From the NCBI GenBank assembly GCA_032718475.1, contig JAUCBJ010006788.1:1-33470 (forward strand): a stretch of 33,470 nt of DNA, written 5' to 3'. Made by a program: the position numbers and the translations under genes. This DNA comes from Nemertoderma westbladi (lineage: Eukaryota > Animalia > Xenacoelomorpha). Below the pieces are notes generated by a model, which made no database searches, was not told the DNA's origin, and saw nothing but the letters and a program-made list of their open reading frames with translations. Of this stretch, positions 21,384-33,423 are shown piece by piece (positions within the stretch are counted from its first letter, which is position 1; each line of letters starts with the position of its first letter).

Positions 21384-22027
21384 TATAGAATTATATTCCC
21401 TAAATGCCGTGGATTTTCAAAATTTTATTTTTATTCGAATTAACTTTGCTAAAAGATTACTTTGAGTCCTCATTTATATTTGTTATATCATTTGTACGCC
21501 TATTGGTCAAGTGGTTCAGTAGCTCAGTCGGTAGAGCGTTGGAAATTATATGTGTAGTAGGTATTGAGTTCGAATCCTAGTAAGTGCGAATTATTTTTTG
21601 TGCAGAATTTCAACTCATTTAAATTGACCGCTACAAATTAAAGTGCATTTGTTTATACCTAGATTAACCAATGAGGCTGTAGTTATTAGATTGTAACCAA
21701 TGTCGTGCAAGTTATATATTAGCTGGACCAATAGCTATCTTTAAAAACCTGTTAGAACCTATAGAACAATCGAGAATTTTCTCGATTGATTGCAGCACAA
21801 ATTTGCTATAAAAAGGTGCGATTTCGTTCATTAGTTATACTTTTCATCAATCGTATACCTTCTTATCTATATCTCAATCGTTTATCTTCTTGATTCACTA
21901 TCTTACATTGTTTATTGTATAATAGTTATTATTTGATTTTGTAATAAAAGTTAGAAATACTTGTCACATCTGCAAATTTTCTATCTGTTTTACCATGCTT
22001 CACCACGGTAAACCCAACTAAGGGACA
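21384..22027 (+). repeat. Candidate 3' LTR of the BEL/Pao element
   Basis: Follows GGAGCGG (21377, PPT-like). Contains three CCAAT boxes (~21669, 21697, 21728), TATAAAA (21807) and AATAAA (21943), and ends AGGGACA followed by ggaTGG. No second copy in the window confirms it and the 5' TG is not clean. Confidence 0.55.
21513..21599 (+). ncRNA. tRNA-derived sequence with Pol III A and B boxes; not an intact tRNA
   Basis: A box/D-arm TAGCTCAGTCGGTAGAGCG, B box GAGTTCGAATCC and a T6 run at 21594-21599. The anticodon and acceptor stems pair poorly. Confidence 0.7.
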
Positions 22028-23383
22028 GGATGGCCGGCTAGAGATCGGGCCGCAGCAATGAACGGGAACATCAAGGGAATGTAGACAGGAGACAACCCGA
22101 AATACCATCTTGAGTTATTCGCCCATCGCCTGAAAGGTTAGACAGCGTTCGATGCCTTGCTACCTAAGCGTAAGAGCAAAGATCAAAGGTAGAAGTAGTG
22201 ACACGCTGTACGCCTAAAATAACATCTTAGGGACTGTACTGTTTTAATTCAGGAAAAAACCGCAGTAGACCTTCATATTCCTACGGGGGGAGAGGAGAGA
22301 GAGAGCAGGCAGAGATACTAGTACGCAGATAGGACGTAGGCACACCGGTACGAAGCATACAATTGGTAGGGTGCAGCAAACTGTACGCCTAACTCTTGCT
22401 AAGTGCAGGTGCGTGTGCGACTATTTGTAGTACAACGGTGTCCATTGCATCAGAACTTGTAGGCTAGGAGGGTTGCTGTGTTTCACCTGAATTAGGATTG
22501 TACCGTTCAGGCGGTAGGGCAGTTTACGACTAGGCGCAAATAAATTGAGGCTATTAGGGATATACTAACATCTACCGTGTCCCCGCCAACGTCCTGATAG
22601 GAAGTTACCCAGCCTAACTAGGTGACTAAAATTCCAGATAAGAGCCAGGATAGCTATTAGTAACTGTACGCCTACTGTAGTAAACTAACACATTTCTTCT
22701 TAGTATTAGGGACCTGGTACCTAAAATTGCCGAATTCTGGGCGTAGCATTAACTTTATGCCTGAATTTGAGTCCTGGAAATACGCAAGAAGGGAAGGAGC
22801 CTTATCATTCGTGAGTATTGGACCTACAAGTTACAAAATTAGAATATTCGTAAAATGCACACCGTACCCAGTAATTATATATGTGAAGGAGGAAAACTGC
22901 TTTGACTGTTCAGAATTAACACACGCGCGTTAGAAATTATTTACACCTCAAAATATATAAAATTAACTTTCATCCGTACTGCGCTTTGCCCGCTAGTTAG
23001 ACATCTCCAAATCTCTGCACCTAGCTAGCATCCCTTTCGCCCAACCATATAAATTACACCGCGGCAAAGTATACGAGCCCCTTAGTCCGTCAGTGAATCA
23101 GCCTGATTTTAGGATTCGCTGCACGGGATTTTGTTTTATCGAAGTTTGTCTGCTCGTAGACTGTTTTCTGCCTCACCGGTTATAAGAGATCGATACTGCA
23201 ATATATTCGCTTACTTAGAGTTTACTGTTTTGGTGAGAAGGTCGGATTTATGATTTGATTCACAAACTTTACAGTAGGATATTGCAGGTATTGTTACTGT
23301 CTCTTCCAACAATTAGGCCTAAGTATAATAAGCAATAATATACACAGAAATTCGTAATAGAAAATACGAAAAAATACGTATAA

Positions 23384-24813
23384 CTAGTCCCCACACACTG
23401 AATTTATAATTAGATCGATCTCATCACGGTTAAAACCCAAAATATCGATTTCATTATTGCGGTAATTAAGTAGTTCTTTAATTAATTGAATAGCGCCCGG
23501 ATCCCCGTTTTTATACCACTTTCTTGATGCTACCTGCTTGGACATGAGCTTCAGTAAGTTCAACTCTTGACAAAAGTTTCTAATGCGGCGGAAGTTAACC
23601 CCACTGACTGTTCTACAATCTGGCAGAGAGACATTCGCGAGAAATCTGACACATAATTTATTGCTGTTGAGGAGAGACTGTGCAAAAGAAACAAACCGGC
23701 TGCAAATCATTGACATCGGATGCGGAAAAGTACACAAACCCTCCCCAATATAACAATGAGTTTTGTAGGGAAGGTTATAGACCGTACGGACATTAATATT
23801 CCATGCGCGACCCACACGCTGCGCTCCCTCTGACCAGATATCCCACAAACTGCTACCATACAAACACATCGCATATCTTCTTTGTATTTCAAACAAACAC
23901 GATGGATATGAGAATGAAAATTCCTGGTGTAAACTCCGTAATTTGCCTATAAATTGTCCTCTCTTACGAGTCATGTCTTGATCAAAGCTGCAGTTATAAT
24001 CAACAACATTGTCAAGGTGCATCACCTTCTTCACCCACGGAAGCTTAACTCCATCAAGTTTAACGTTATTACTAGGCTCAGACCAACGTTTTACAAACGG
24101 GATACACTTTGATTTGCTTTTTGCTGGGTCACTATCGCGGCTGAATTTTAATTTGTGTTTCAAAGAGAATTCCTCACAAATCGAGATCATAAATTGTAGA
24201 CCAACTATTGTAGGACATAATAACAATAAGTCATCGGCATATGCCAATACACCGAAATACACTGAACTGATACTGCAACCAACCTTGGACTTACGAAGAG
24301 CCACAATCAGTCTGTCTACAATGATACAAAAAAGAACCGGCAAGGCTACCGAACCCTGCCTGATGCCATTCGAAACCAAAAAAGGATCCGATAAATTGTT
24401 ACCCCGGCATTTAACACAACATGACTGTTCCTTGTTCATCCACAGAAGCACCCTTACAAACAAAACCGAAAAACCTTTCTTTAGTAACTCCAAAAATAAT
24501 GTTACCCAATCCATCATATCGAACGCTTTCGATAAATCAAGAAAACACCCATAGACTGGGGTAGAGAACCGCGAATAATGCGAAATGACTTCTTTAGCAG
24601 TCCATGTACAGCTGGTGGTACTCGAACCTTTTTGAAAGCCAAACTGAAGTTCATCTACAATAACTCTGTCCCCTTGAGAAAGTAGCATTACCCACTCAAA
24701 CACCTTAATAAGTAGTGAAGATAACGCTATTGCCCGGTAATTATTTGATTTACTGAGATCACCCAAATTGTCTTTAACCAATGGAACAAGAGAACAAGTT
24801 AGAAGGTACTTAA
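23384..24813 (-). pseudogene. LINE ORF2 reverse transcriptase domain and C-terminus
   Basis: NYRAIAL, QFGFQKGSST, FLDLSKAFD, GIRQG, LAYADDLLL and KSKCI motifs. Confidence 0.95.
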
Positions 24814-26366
24814 CCCTATTAGTACCGGGCTATAAAATGCTGTACAAATACCGGGAGGGGGTCATATTGACCCCCCCCTCTAAAATCTACAAATATTTAC
24901 GAAAACGTCTGATTTTTTGTTTGTACGTAGGTATCACTTGTCTGGATACGACCGAAAAAAAAAAATTTCGAAAAAATGTACTGGGGTGGTTATATTGCAG
25001 CACCAAAATTACAAGTAGTGCACAATTTTCACAAAATTTGAAAGTTACATTTTCGGCTAATTATTTTTCAATACAGGTTTTCTGGGGTGCAAAAAACATT
25101 GGAAAATATTTAAAAATGATATGATTACTATAAATGGCCGTTTAGTCCTCTCTGCGTAGGAAAAAAATGAAAAAAACAAGTAACCAGCACTTTTCAGGTA
25201 GAACACAAAATTTTTAATTCACTTATACGATGCTATAAATTCACATTTTCAGGTTTTCGATTGCGCTGATTCTAATGGAATACATTTCTAATATGCCAGA
25301 TCATTGATACTTGTATTTTTCGGCGTAATTTGGCAAATTTTGGTGCTAGCACCAAAATTCGTACCCATCACCAAAAAGTACAAGTTTGCGATGTCCAGTG
25401 CTGTTTTTATGGATTCCATCGGATTCAGGACCCTCATAAACCCGTATAACGCAAGAAACAAGGTGATACCATCTACTGATAAATTTGCATATTTTCCAAA
25501 ATTTGGTGCTGGCACAACAATTTTTACCCACTGGCGAAAAATACCAGTTTGAGAACTCTTATGAAATTTTTACTGATTCCATTGAATTCAGAACCATCAC
25601 AAACCCGTATAACGCAAGAAACAAGGTGACACAATCAATTGATATATTTGATGGTTTTCAAAATTTGGTGCTAGCACCACATTTTGCACCCACATCCGAA
25701 AAATACAAGTTTGAGATGTCTAGTTCGATAATTATTTATTCCATTGAATTCAGAACAGCCATAAACCTCTAAAATGCAAGAAATAAATTGTCACAAGCAA
25801 TTTTATCTATCGAAGGAATTTTCAAAATTTCGTGCTAGCACCAAAATTTGCACACAGCACCGAAAAATACAAGTTTGATACGCTTGGTGCAACTCGTATA
25901 TATTTCATCGAATCTAGAACCCCAAAAAACCCCAATTGCGTAAAAAACAAGTTTCAAACAATCAATTTACAAAATTGACATAATTCAAAATTTGGTGCTG
26001 GCACCAAAATTTGGCAACCACCGAAAAAAACAAGTTTGAAATTTCTAAATCAATTTATATGAATTCCATCAAATTTCTAACACCAAAAAACCGGTGTAAA
26101 TCAAAAATAGAGATGTTTCAATTCATATTTAATGAAATGTAATTTTCAAAAAACGTCTCAAAAAAAGTGCCAAAAGTAGGGTTAAAAAATGGTGCTATAA
26201 CTCGAAAAGTACCCAATATTTTTGAAAACGGTTTTCACTACTAGGAAGACAATAGATTTTTAGGAAAAGTCATAAAATTTCAGATTCCCAACTGCGTTTG
26301 TTTCAGAATTATAATAAAAAAACCATGGGAGGGGTCATATTGACCCCCCCCCCGGGTTTAATAGGG
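24814..26366. mobile_element. piggyBac-like non-autonomous DNA transposon, 1553 bp
   Basis: TTAA duplicated at 24810-24813 and 26367-26370. Termini CCCTATTAGTACCGGG and CCCGGGTTTAATAGGG form an imperfect TIR. Excision restores the LINE frame HGFVL|KYLLTCSLVPLVKDNLGD. No transposase ORF. Confidence 0.93.
25240..26100. repeat. Internal ~163-bp tandem repeat (about 5 units) of the piggyBac-like element
   Basis: Palindromic core TTTTGGTGCTAGCACCAAAA and variants at ~25341, 25504, 25666, 25830 and 25993. Confidence 0.85.
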
Positions 26367-27815
26367 TTAAGGACAAACCCATGAATGAGGAAGCTATTGA
26401 ACATTGTCGCAATGTGTGCGTGTAGTAATTCTCCTCCATTAATCAGACAGTCGGAATTAAAATCCAAAAGAACATCAGATTTCGAGTGTTTCAGTTTGAG
26501 TATAGCTGCTCTGACAAGTTCTGGAGTGATTTTATCCGAATCATGAACGGAGTAGCTGCTCAATTTAACAATAATTTCCTGGTCTAGCGCATTAGTATCT
26601 GTACCATATTCCTGGTTGAATAGCCTCGAGTAAATCGATGCAAAATTACCTGCAATCCCCTTACCATCTGCAATTCCATCAATGGTGCTGCTCAGCATAC
26701 CGCATTTACGCCCACGCAAATTCTTTATCATACTAAAAATATCATTATTATTATCCAGGCACGCTTGTAAAAATTTATCTCTCTTTACTGTATCACTCGA
26801 CTTTTTTAGACGACGTACCGCATATTTATATTGTGCTCTTGATGAACAACGTAAATAAAACAAATTACCGTTATTTGCATCTGGTTTACCAGCTGCACAC
26901 TACATATTATGCCAGAACATGGCTTCCGTTTTATACGGCTTCACATAATCATTCCACCCCGGCCATTGTTTATTATTTGAAGCACCTGATACCTGTAAAC
27001 AATTACATGCTGCTTTATCAATAGCATCTAACACCTCAAAACAATAACATTCTAAATCAATTGTGTGATCTGGGTTGTCACACAAAATATTGCTACACTG
27101 GCTACATTCTAAATTAAGATTACTGAGTGAATTATTTAAACAACTAATAAAATTTTCCTTTTCTGTATCATTTGCCTTTTGAAAATTAGGCTTCCGTTTA
27201 TTCACGTTGTCTAATACATCGGGTACAGAATATATTATATGAACGTAATTAAATTGTGCATAAATAGGGCTATGGTTAGATAAATTATCTCCCGAATGCA
27301 CAACCCCACAATCTGACACATTATCAATAAGAGTACTCGAACACATAAAACGATCAATTAACGATGTACTTATGGTGTTGTTGGCACAAAACATATATGT
27401 ATAATCTACCTCGTGGAAGTCCCATATGTCTACAAGACCAATCTCATTGAAAAATGATTGTACTGTACGAACATGTGCCGTGGATCGCACAAAATCGGTA
27501 TTCAAATCTCCCGCTAGCAATGTAAGGGGAGAACCGTTGTTATTTAAAACTGTACGAATGTCGTTCAATATTATCAAGAGTTCATCTGACACTGTATCAC
27601 GTAACTGTGGATCAACAAGAAAATACGCATTTAACAAAAGCAATGGGTTACTTTCACCGGGCAAACATAACTGAACAGCCTGCAAACGCTAATTACCAGT
27701 TTTTACTGTATTAACATTAATAAATTTCATCAATTCTCTTTTAATAAATATACATAGTCCTCCTACCGGACGACCACGTTGCTGCTCATTACGATAGACC
27801 GCAGGTTCTATCGGT
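26367..27815 (-). pseudogene. LINE ORF2 apurinic-like endonuclease (N-terminally truncated) and linker
   Basis: RGRPVGGLCIFI, LLNAYF, LAGDLNTDF, YTY, LIDRF, LSNHSPI and PGWND motifs. Two in-frame TAG stops, plausibly from TGG. Confidence 0.92.
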
Positions 27816-29428
27816 GTGTAGGTACAGGGTGTAGGAGACGGAGTGGGATGTATGGGGTGATCTGTGGTGTGGAGGGTGTGGGAGACGGAGTGGGAAGTAC
27901 AGGAGGATCTGTGGAGGGTGTGGGAGGTGGAGTGGGAAGTACAGGAGGAACTGTGGAGGGTGTGGGAGACGGAGTGGGAAGTACGGGAGGATCTGTGGAG
28001 GGTGTGGGAGACGGAGTGGGAAGTACAGGAGGATCTGTGGAGGGTGTGGGAGACGGTGTGGGAAGTACAGGAGGATCTGTGGAGGGTGTGGGAGGTGGAG
28101 TGGGAAGTACAGGAGGATCTCTGGAGGGTGTGGGAGACGGAGTGGGAAGTACAGGAGGATCTGTGGAGGGTGTGGGAGACGGTGTGGGAAGTACAGGAGG
28201 ATCTGTGGAGGGTGTGGGAGGTGGAGTGGGAAGTACAGGAGGATCTGTGGAGGGTGTGGGAGGTGGAGTGGGAAGTACAGGAGGAACTGTGGAGGGTGTG
28301 GGAGACGGAGTGGGAAGTACGGGAGGATCTGTGGAGGGTGTGGGAGACGGAGTGGGAAGTACAGGAGGATCTGTGGAGGGTGTGGGAGACGGTGTGGTAA
28401 GTACAGGAGGATCTGTGGAGGGTGTGGGAGGTGGAGTGGGAAGTACAGGAGGATCTCTGGAGGGTGTGGGAGACGGAGTGGGAAGTATGGGGGGATCTGT
28501 GGAGGGTGTAGGAGACGGAGTGGGAAGTATGGGGGGATCTGTGGAGGGTGTGGGAGACGGAGTGGGAAGTACAGGAGGATCTGTGGAGGGTGTGGGAGGT
28601 GGAGTGGGAAGTACAGGAGGATCTCTGGAGGGTGTGGGAGACGGAGTGGGAAGTATGGGGGGATCTGTGGAGGGTGTAGGAGACGGAGTGGGAAGTATGG
28701 GGGGATCTGTGGAGGGTGTGGGAGACGGAGTGGGAAGTACAGGAGGATCTGTGGAGGGTGTGGGAGGTGGAGTGGGAAGTACAGGAGGATCTCTGGAGGG
28801 TGTGGGAGACGGAGTGGGAAGTATGGGGGGATCTGTGGAGGGTGTGGGAGACGGAGTGGGAAGTACAGGAGGATCTGTGGAGGGTGTGGGAGGTGGAGTG
28901 GGAAGTACAGGAGGATCTCTGGAGGGTGTGGGAGACGGAGTGGGAAGTATGGGGGGATCTGTGGAGGGTGTGGGAGACGGAGTGGGAAGTACAGGAGGAT
29001 CTGTGGAGGGTGTGGGAGGTGGAGTGGGAAGTACAGGAGGATCTCTGGAGGGTGTGGGAGACGGAGTGGGAAGTATGGGGGGATCTGTGGAGGGTGTAGG
29101 AGACGGAGTGGGATGTATGGGGTGATCTGTGGTGTGGAGGGTGTGGGAGACGGAGTGGGAAATACAGGAGGATCTGTGGAGGATGTGGGATACGGAGTGG
29201 GAGGTATGGGGTGATCTGTGGTGTGGATGGTGTGAGAGACGGAGTGGGAAGTACAAGAGGATCTGTGCAGGGTGTGGGAGACGGAGTAGGAAGTACAAGA
29301 GGATCTGTGGAGGGTGTGGGAGACGGAGTTGGAAGTACAGGAGGATCTGTGGACGGTGTGGGAGACGGAGTGGGAAATACAGGATGATCTGTGGAGGGTG
29401 TGGGAGACGGAGTGGGAAGTACAGGAGG
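27816..29428. repeat. 42-bp G-rich minisatellite, about 38 copies
   Basis: Unit GGAGGATCTGTGGAGGGTGTGGGAGACGGAGTGGGAAGTACA. The stop-free unit explains the overlapping repetitive ORFs on both strands. Confidence 0.98.
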
Positions 29429-29549
29429 CATTTTGCGGATAAAAAGCGAATTTTAAAATGAATAACTAGTAAAAAAAACACTAGTTACCGTATAGAAATA
29501 TATACTAAGGTTGAGAACATTCACCATTATAGTACCAATAATTTAATTT

Positions 29550-29653
29550 GGTTCAGGACAATTCGGTCCCGGACAATTCGGTCCCATAACACAAAATAAA
29601 TGGGACCGAATTGTCCGGGACCGAATTGTCCGGGACCGAATTATCCTGCTTCC
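29550..29653. mobile_element. Tiny foldback-type MITE with modular 15-bp inverted repeats
   Basis: (GGACAATTCGGTCCC)x2, a 16-bp spacer, then (GGGACCGAATTGTCC)x3, bounded by GG..CAGG and CCTG..CC. No clear TSD. Confidence 0.7.
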
Positions 29654-31053
29654 ATTTTTACATGTAGTTATAAAGTTGGAAACAATTTCTATTAATAACA
29701 AATTAAAATACTATCTTATAAAATTGTACTTTTATAGCTAATAGGAATAGAACAGTTGTTAACAATAAAACAGGGGTAATATTGAAGGGGAACTTTTACA
29801 TAGCCCGATGTGTGAGGCGTTTTTTTTTTTAATTTTGCAGCATTTTTTCAATAAGTTTTTTTTTATATTTTAAATGGTAGCTACTGTAGAACAATTATAA
29901 TATTATGTTCAAATAAAATAAAACAAGTCGGCAATTGAATCAAATAATATAATATAATAATTTGATAATGTTTTTTTGAATGTTAAAGAAAAATGTCAGT
30001 TATTTGTTATTGAAAAAATTATGTTATAGAACAAATATTTAATACTAAATTTAATTATAAATTAATAAATAATTTTTCTTTAACTACTTAATTATACAAT
30101 ATACAATATAAACCTACTAATATTATGTTAACTTTGTGTGTTTCAAATATTTGGTTTAGCCAGGAAAATCTGCAAATCTGACAGTTTTAATTTAATTTGT
30201 TTTTTAATATATGATATTTTATTGTCTACTATTGCTGTTGTGATGGAATCAAGTGCCGACGCGTATCTTAATCTGTAAAGCGAGGTCTTATCAATGGTTC
30301 GAGGAACCAGGCAAAAGAAAACAACTAACGAGGAGGAAAAGTCAATCACTGATGCCCTATCTAAGATGTGCGCAATGTACACAATGGTGTTGGGGCGTCT
30401 CGCGGATGCTCGTCAAGAAACGGTGTAAGCCAACCATGAAGTAATCCGTTGTAAAGACCTATTACTACTAAGGGGACAACCGCTTCCACCCCCCGCACAC
30501 CCGGTTCCGCTGCCGGAGGTACCGGTAGTGGATCTAATACCCCCCCAGAAACAACCAACAACCCGTGGATAGATCCACACCGACGCCGGTCAGCTAGTGG
30601 CTTCGCTAGACAGCGCAGTTCTACACCAGGACCAGCGCAGCCTATGGAGCCCCGACCATCGGCAAAGGTTATCACAAAAAGAACGCTAGTTCAACGACCA
30701 GTCGTTATCGCAACCGGTTCCGGAAGTTCGGAAACTTCCGCTGGCCTACAGGCAGTTGCAAGAGCGCCCGCTCGACGTCTCCAACGGGATACAACAGTAG
30801 TATACAATACTATGACACTGCTTCATGGTCACCCGTAGCCCATCATTACCGTCCATTTCTGGTACTCTGTCCAATCAGAAGCCACTATTTCAACCTTTTG
30901 CGGTGGTCGTTATTATTTCAACCAATCAGATGTCAGCATTTAATCCGTAACCATGGCAACTTCTCAAGTTCCCGCATCTTCCGCTAGAGGCGTTATTAGT
31001 CACCCAACGCTACTCATCCGTCCAATCATAAGCCTTTATTTTACAAGTGTTCG

Positions 31054-31275
31054 GGTGTCTACAGGTAACTTCTACTATTTTTCAAATCGCTATTTTTCAC
31101 CAACCAGTATTTTTCATATTTACCAACCTTTATTTTACAGACGCTAGAGGTGTCTACAGGTAACTTCTACTATTTTTCAAATCGCAATTTTTCAGCAACC
31201 AGTATTTTTCATATTCACCAACCTTTATCTTACAGACGCTAGAGGTGTCTACAGGTAACTTCTACTATTTTTCAC
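31054..31275. repeat. ~94-bp tandem repeat, about 2.3 copies
   Basis: GGTGTCTACAGGTAACTTCTACTATTTTTCA at ~31054, 31149 and 31243. Confidence 0.9.
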
Positions 31276-31825
31276 CAGTAACTAAATTTAATTTTGCAAT
31301 TTTTCAGATAACAAAATATTCAACAGGGTTCGAACTCGGGACCATTATAACTCCCCACATTCCTCCACTCACTCCCTCATCCAACCTCGAGAGAAAAAGG
31401 CGATAAATATCTGAGTTATACCATAGTCATTGAATTCTTCATCTTCATCACCGGTAGCAGATGTTTATAAATAGCTTCTAGTTCCTTAACATAATTACTA
31501 TAGCGTAGAATACATTAATTCGACTATTAATAATAATCAATTTCTTTTATCGTTGTAACTGATCGATCAACTAAGTTGAATATAAGTTAGAATGACAGGG
31601 CTAGCATTGATTACGTTGCATCTGTTACACGTTACTGCTATTTCACTCTCTAACTCACGCTAATGTAATAAATTTATCTGTACACGTTGCATCTGTTACA
31701 CGAAGCTACTATATTCCTCACTGTAAGTCACTCTGCTGTATTAAAGCAACCATATAAACCGAAGTTTTACAATCTAATAATCATTTATTTAGTTTTTATT
31801 TTTCAAAATAGTTTTCATTCTAATT

Positions 31826-32872
31826 ATGGATTTATTTAAAAAAACTTCAAGCAATACTTGGAAATTTACATTTAATAAATATACCTGTAGTATTGTTTAT
31901 GGCAAGTACTTTATATTACTCTCATGCGATAGCAATGTAACAACGTGCTTCTCTTACCTGGATACACTCTACCTTCTAGACGTCTTAGAAATATTATTCA
32001 ACCGACAAAAGGAATCACCAGTTTCAAGAGGTAATATTTATCCTAATATAGAATTTACAAGAGGAAAGTTAAATATTTCCACCTGTGTTATTACTGAAAA
32101 CGTATATATTCAGAAGCAAGGCAAATGTCAAATTCTAAACAAATCACTCATTAATTTATTGCTTCAGAGTAAGACAGAAATATTAGAATTGTTATCACCA
32201 CCACTCGAAATAATAAATCAGTGTTATGTTGTTAATTTAACCAACCCATCTTTTGTTGGTTTTGTAAGCAAATATAAAGGAGCGACTTATATGGGACTAT
32301 GGGAGATTTCAGCTAGATATTCTGATGCTATTGGTCTTAGGTATTATAATGGGTTTAACTTAACAGCATCGGAAGTAAATTCATTGTGGTATGAATGGAA
32401 TTATGAAATTAGTAACGAAGGTGTCTTTTCAGAGCTAGATACGGACGATAAAGTAGCTTTATCTGACCGACTTAAAGTAAAAATAAATGTACAAGAAAAA
32501 AAAGTAATTATTACAGACAAGGAAAGCAAATATTTACAGTTACATTACGATAAAGACATACCTCATATAGAGTTTCTCTACGATATGATGTTAAAGGTTT
32601 CATCAACTGATATAGCAGACGGTTTCGTGATTCTATATCCACCAACTTGGAAGTTTAAGGATAATAAGTCATTTCCAGAAGTAGTTTCATCCACATTTAA
32701 TCCAAAGACATACATCGAAGAGACCTCGAGTGATAGAAAGCGCAGATCTACATCTCAATCATCTTCCATTCCCAACAATGATTCTATACCTACAAAGAAA
32801 ATAAAAGTTACAAAAGCAAGTGAAGAGGTAGCAGATTACAATAAGGAACATATAAAAACAGTATCAGATTGA
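31826..32872 (+). CDS. Intronless 348-aa protein with a possible PC4/Sub1-like ssDNA-binding domain and basic NLS-like tail
   Basis: Long ATG ORF in AT-rich DNA, with ATATAAA at 31752 and an Inr-like TCATTT at 31781. FVSKYKGATYMGLWE...GFNLTASEVNSL resembles the PC4 pattern VxxFKGxxxIDIRE...KGISLxxEQWxxL. RKRR and KKIK lie near the C-terminus. Confidence 0.6.
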   Translation: MDLFKKTSSNTWKFTFNKYTCSIVYGKYFILLSCDSNVTTCFSYLDTLYLLDVLEILFNRQKESPVSRGNIYPNIEFTRGKLNISTCVITENVYIQKQGKCQILNKSLINLLLQSKTEILELLSPPLEIINQCYVVNLTNPSFVGFVSKYKGATYMGLWEISARYSDAIGLRYYNGFNLTASEVNSLWYEWNYEISNEGVFSELDTDDKVALSDRLKVKINVQEKKVIITDKESKYLQLHYDKDIPHIEFLYDMMLKVSSTDIADGFVILYPPTWKFKDNKSFPEVVSSTFNPKTYIEETSSDRKRRSTSQSSSIPNNDSIPTKKIKVTKASEEVADYNKEHIKTVSD

Positions 32873-33423
32873 TTTATTATTAACTAGAGACTTTTCTTTT
32901 TCAGTTTCACACTGACTTGTAAAGGTAACTTTTTATCACAAAGCGTGATTATTATAAAGTATTTGCATGTAAAGGTGACTTTATTGAGTAAATATTGGTG
33001 ATAGTTTAATGTGAGCACGGGATTAGGTATAAAACATTCGCATGTAAATGCGTGAGTTTACACCACCATAATAAAACATTTGCATGTAAAACCTACTTTA
33101 TCAATGAAAATTAAAAACGCATTAGACACATCTTGGTTTAGACTTGATTTTATTATAAAGAATTCAGTTGTAAAAGCAACTTTATTTATGATATTAGTTT
33201 CCAATGTAACTGTTATTTATGATTGGTTGGTCTAAGTAGAAACTTGAAATATATATATAAAGAGCTCAACTGATTCATTCGAGCTCATTCTGAAAATATT
33301 AAATTAATTAAAGTTTAGATATTATATTTTATTTGTGTTGAGTAGCTTATGAATTTTTTTTGATTATATATATATATAACAATATTCATATTAATTTTAA
33401 ATTGTTTTTAGGATAATAAAGAG

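Larger units (their letters stand above)
11335..22027 (+). mobile_element. BEL/Pao LTR retrotransposon, 5'-truncated (gag and 5' LTR absent), with a large accessory gene after pol
   Basis: PR-RT-RH-IN order with BEL-specific motifs. A shared 21-nt motif links pol, the spacer, the accessory ORF and the 3' UTR. An LTR-like block lies at the 3' end. Boundaries are approximate. Confidence 0.88.
23245..27815 (-). mobile_element. APE-RT non-LTR retrotransposon (LINE, possibly RTE-X-like), 5'-truncated and interrupted
   Basis: One reading frame runs from ~27815 to 23384 after removing the 24814-26366 insert and one TTAA, and reading through two TAG stops (27689, 26900). A short 3' UTR ends in an AATCA-like tail at 23245-23261. 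The clade is inferred from motif style only. Confidence 0.92.

Noticed and set aside
21513-21587. Functional tRNA gene
   Set aside because: The acceptor and anticodon stems do not pair; only the D and T arms remain.
22727-22933. 68-aa ORF as the start of gag
   Set aside because: Short, non-ATG start and no Gag-like motifs.
27779-29481. Mucin/extensin-like or Gly-rich proteins from the long ORFs
   Set aside because: They are open in several frames on both strands only because the 42-bp unit lacks stops.
31320-31345. tRNA/SINE on the minus strand (GGTCCCGAGTTCGAACCC)
   Set aside because: B box only, with no convincing A box or cloverleaf.
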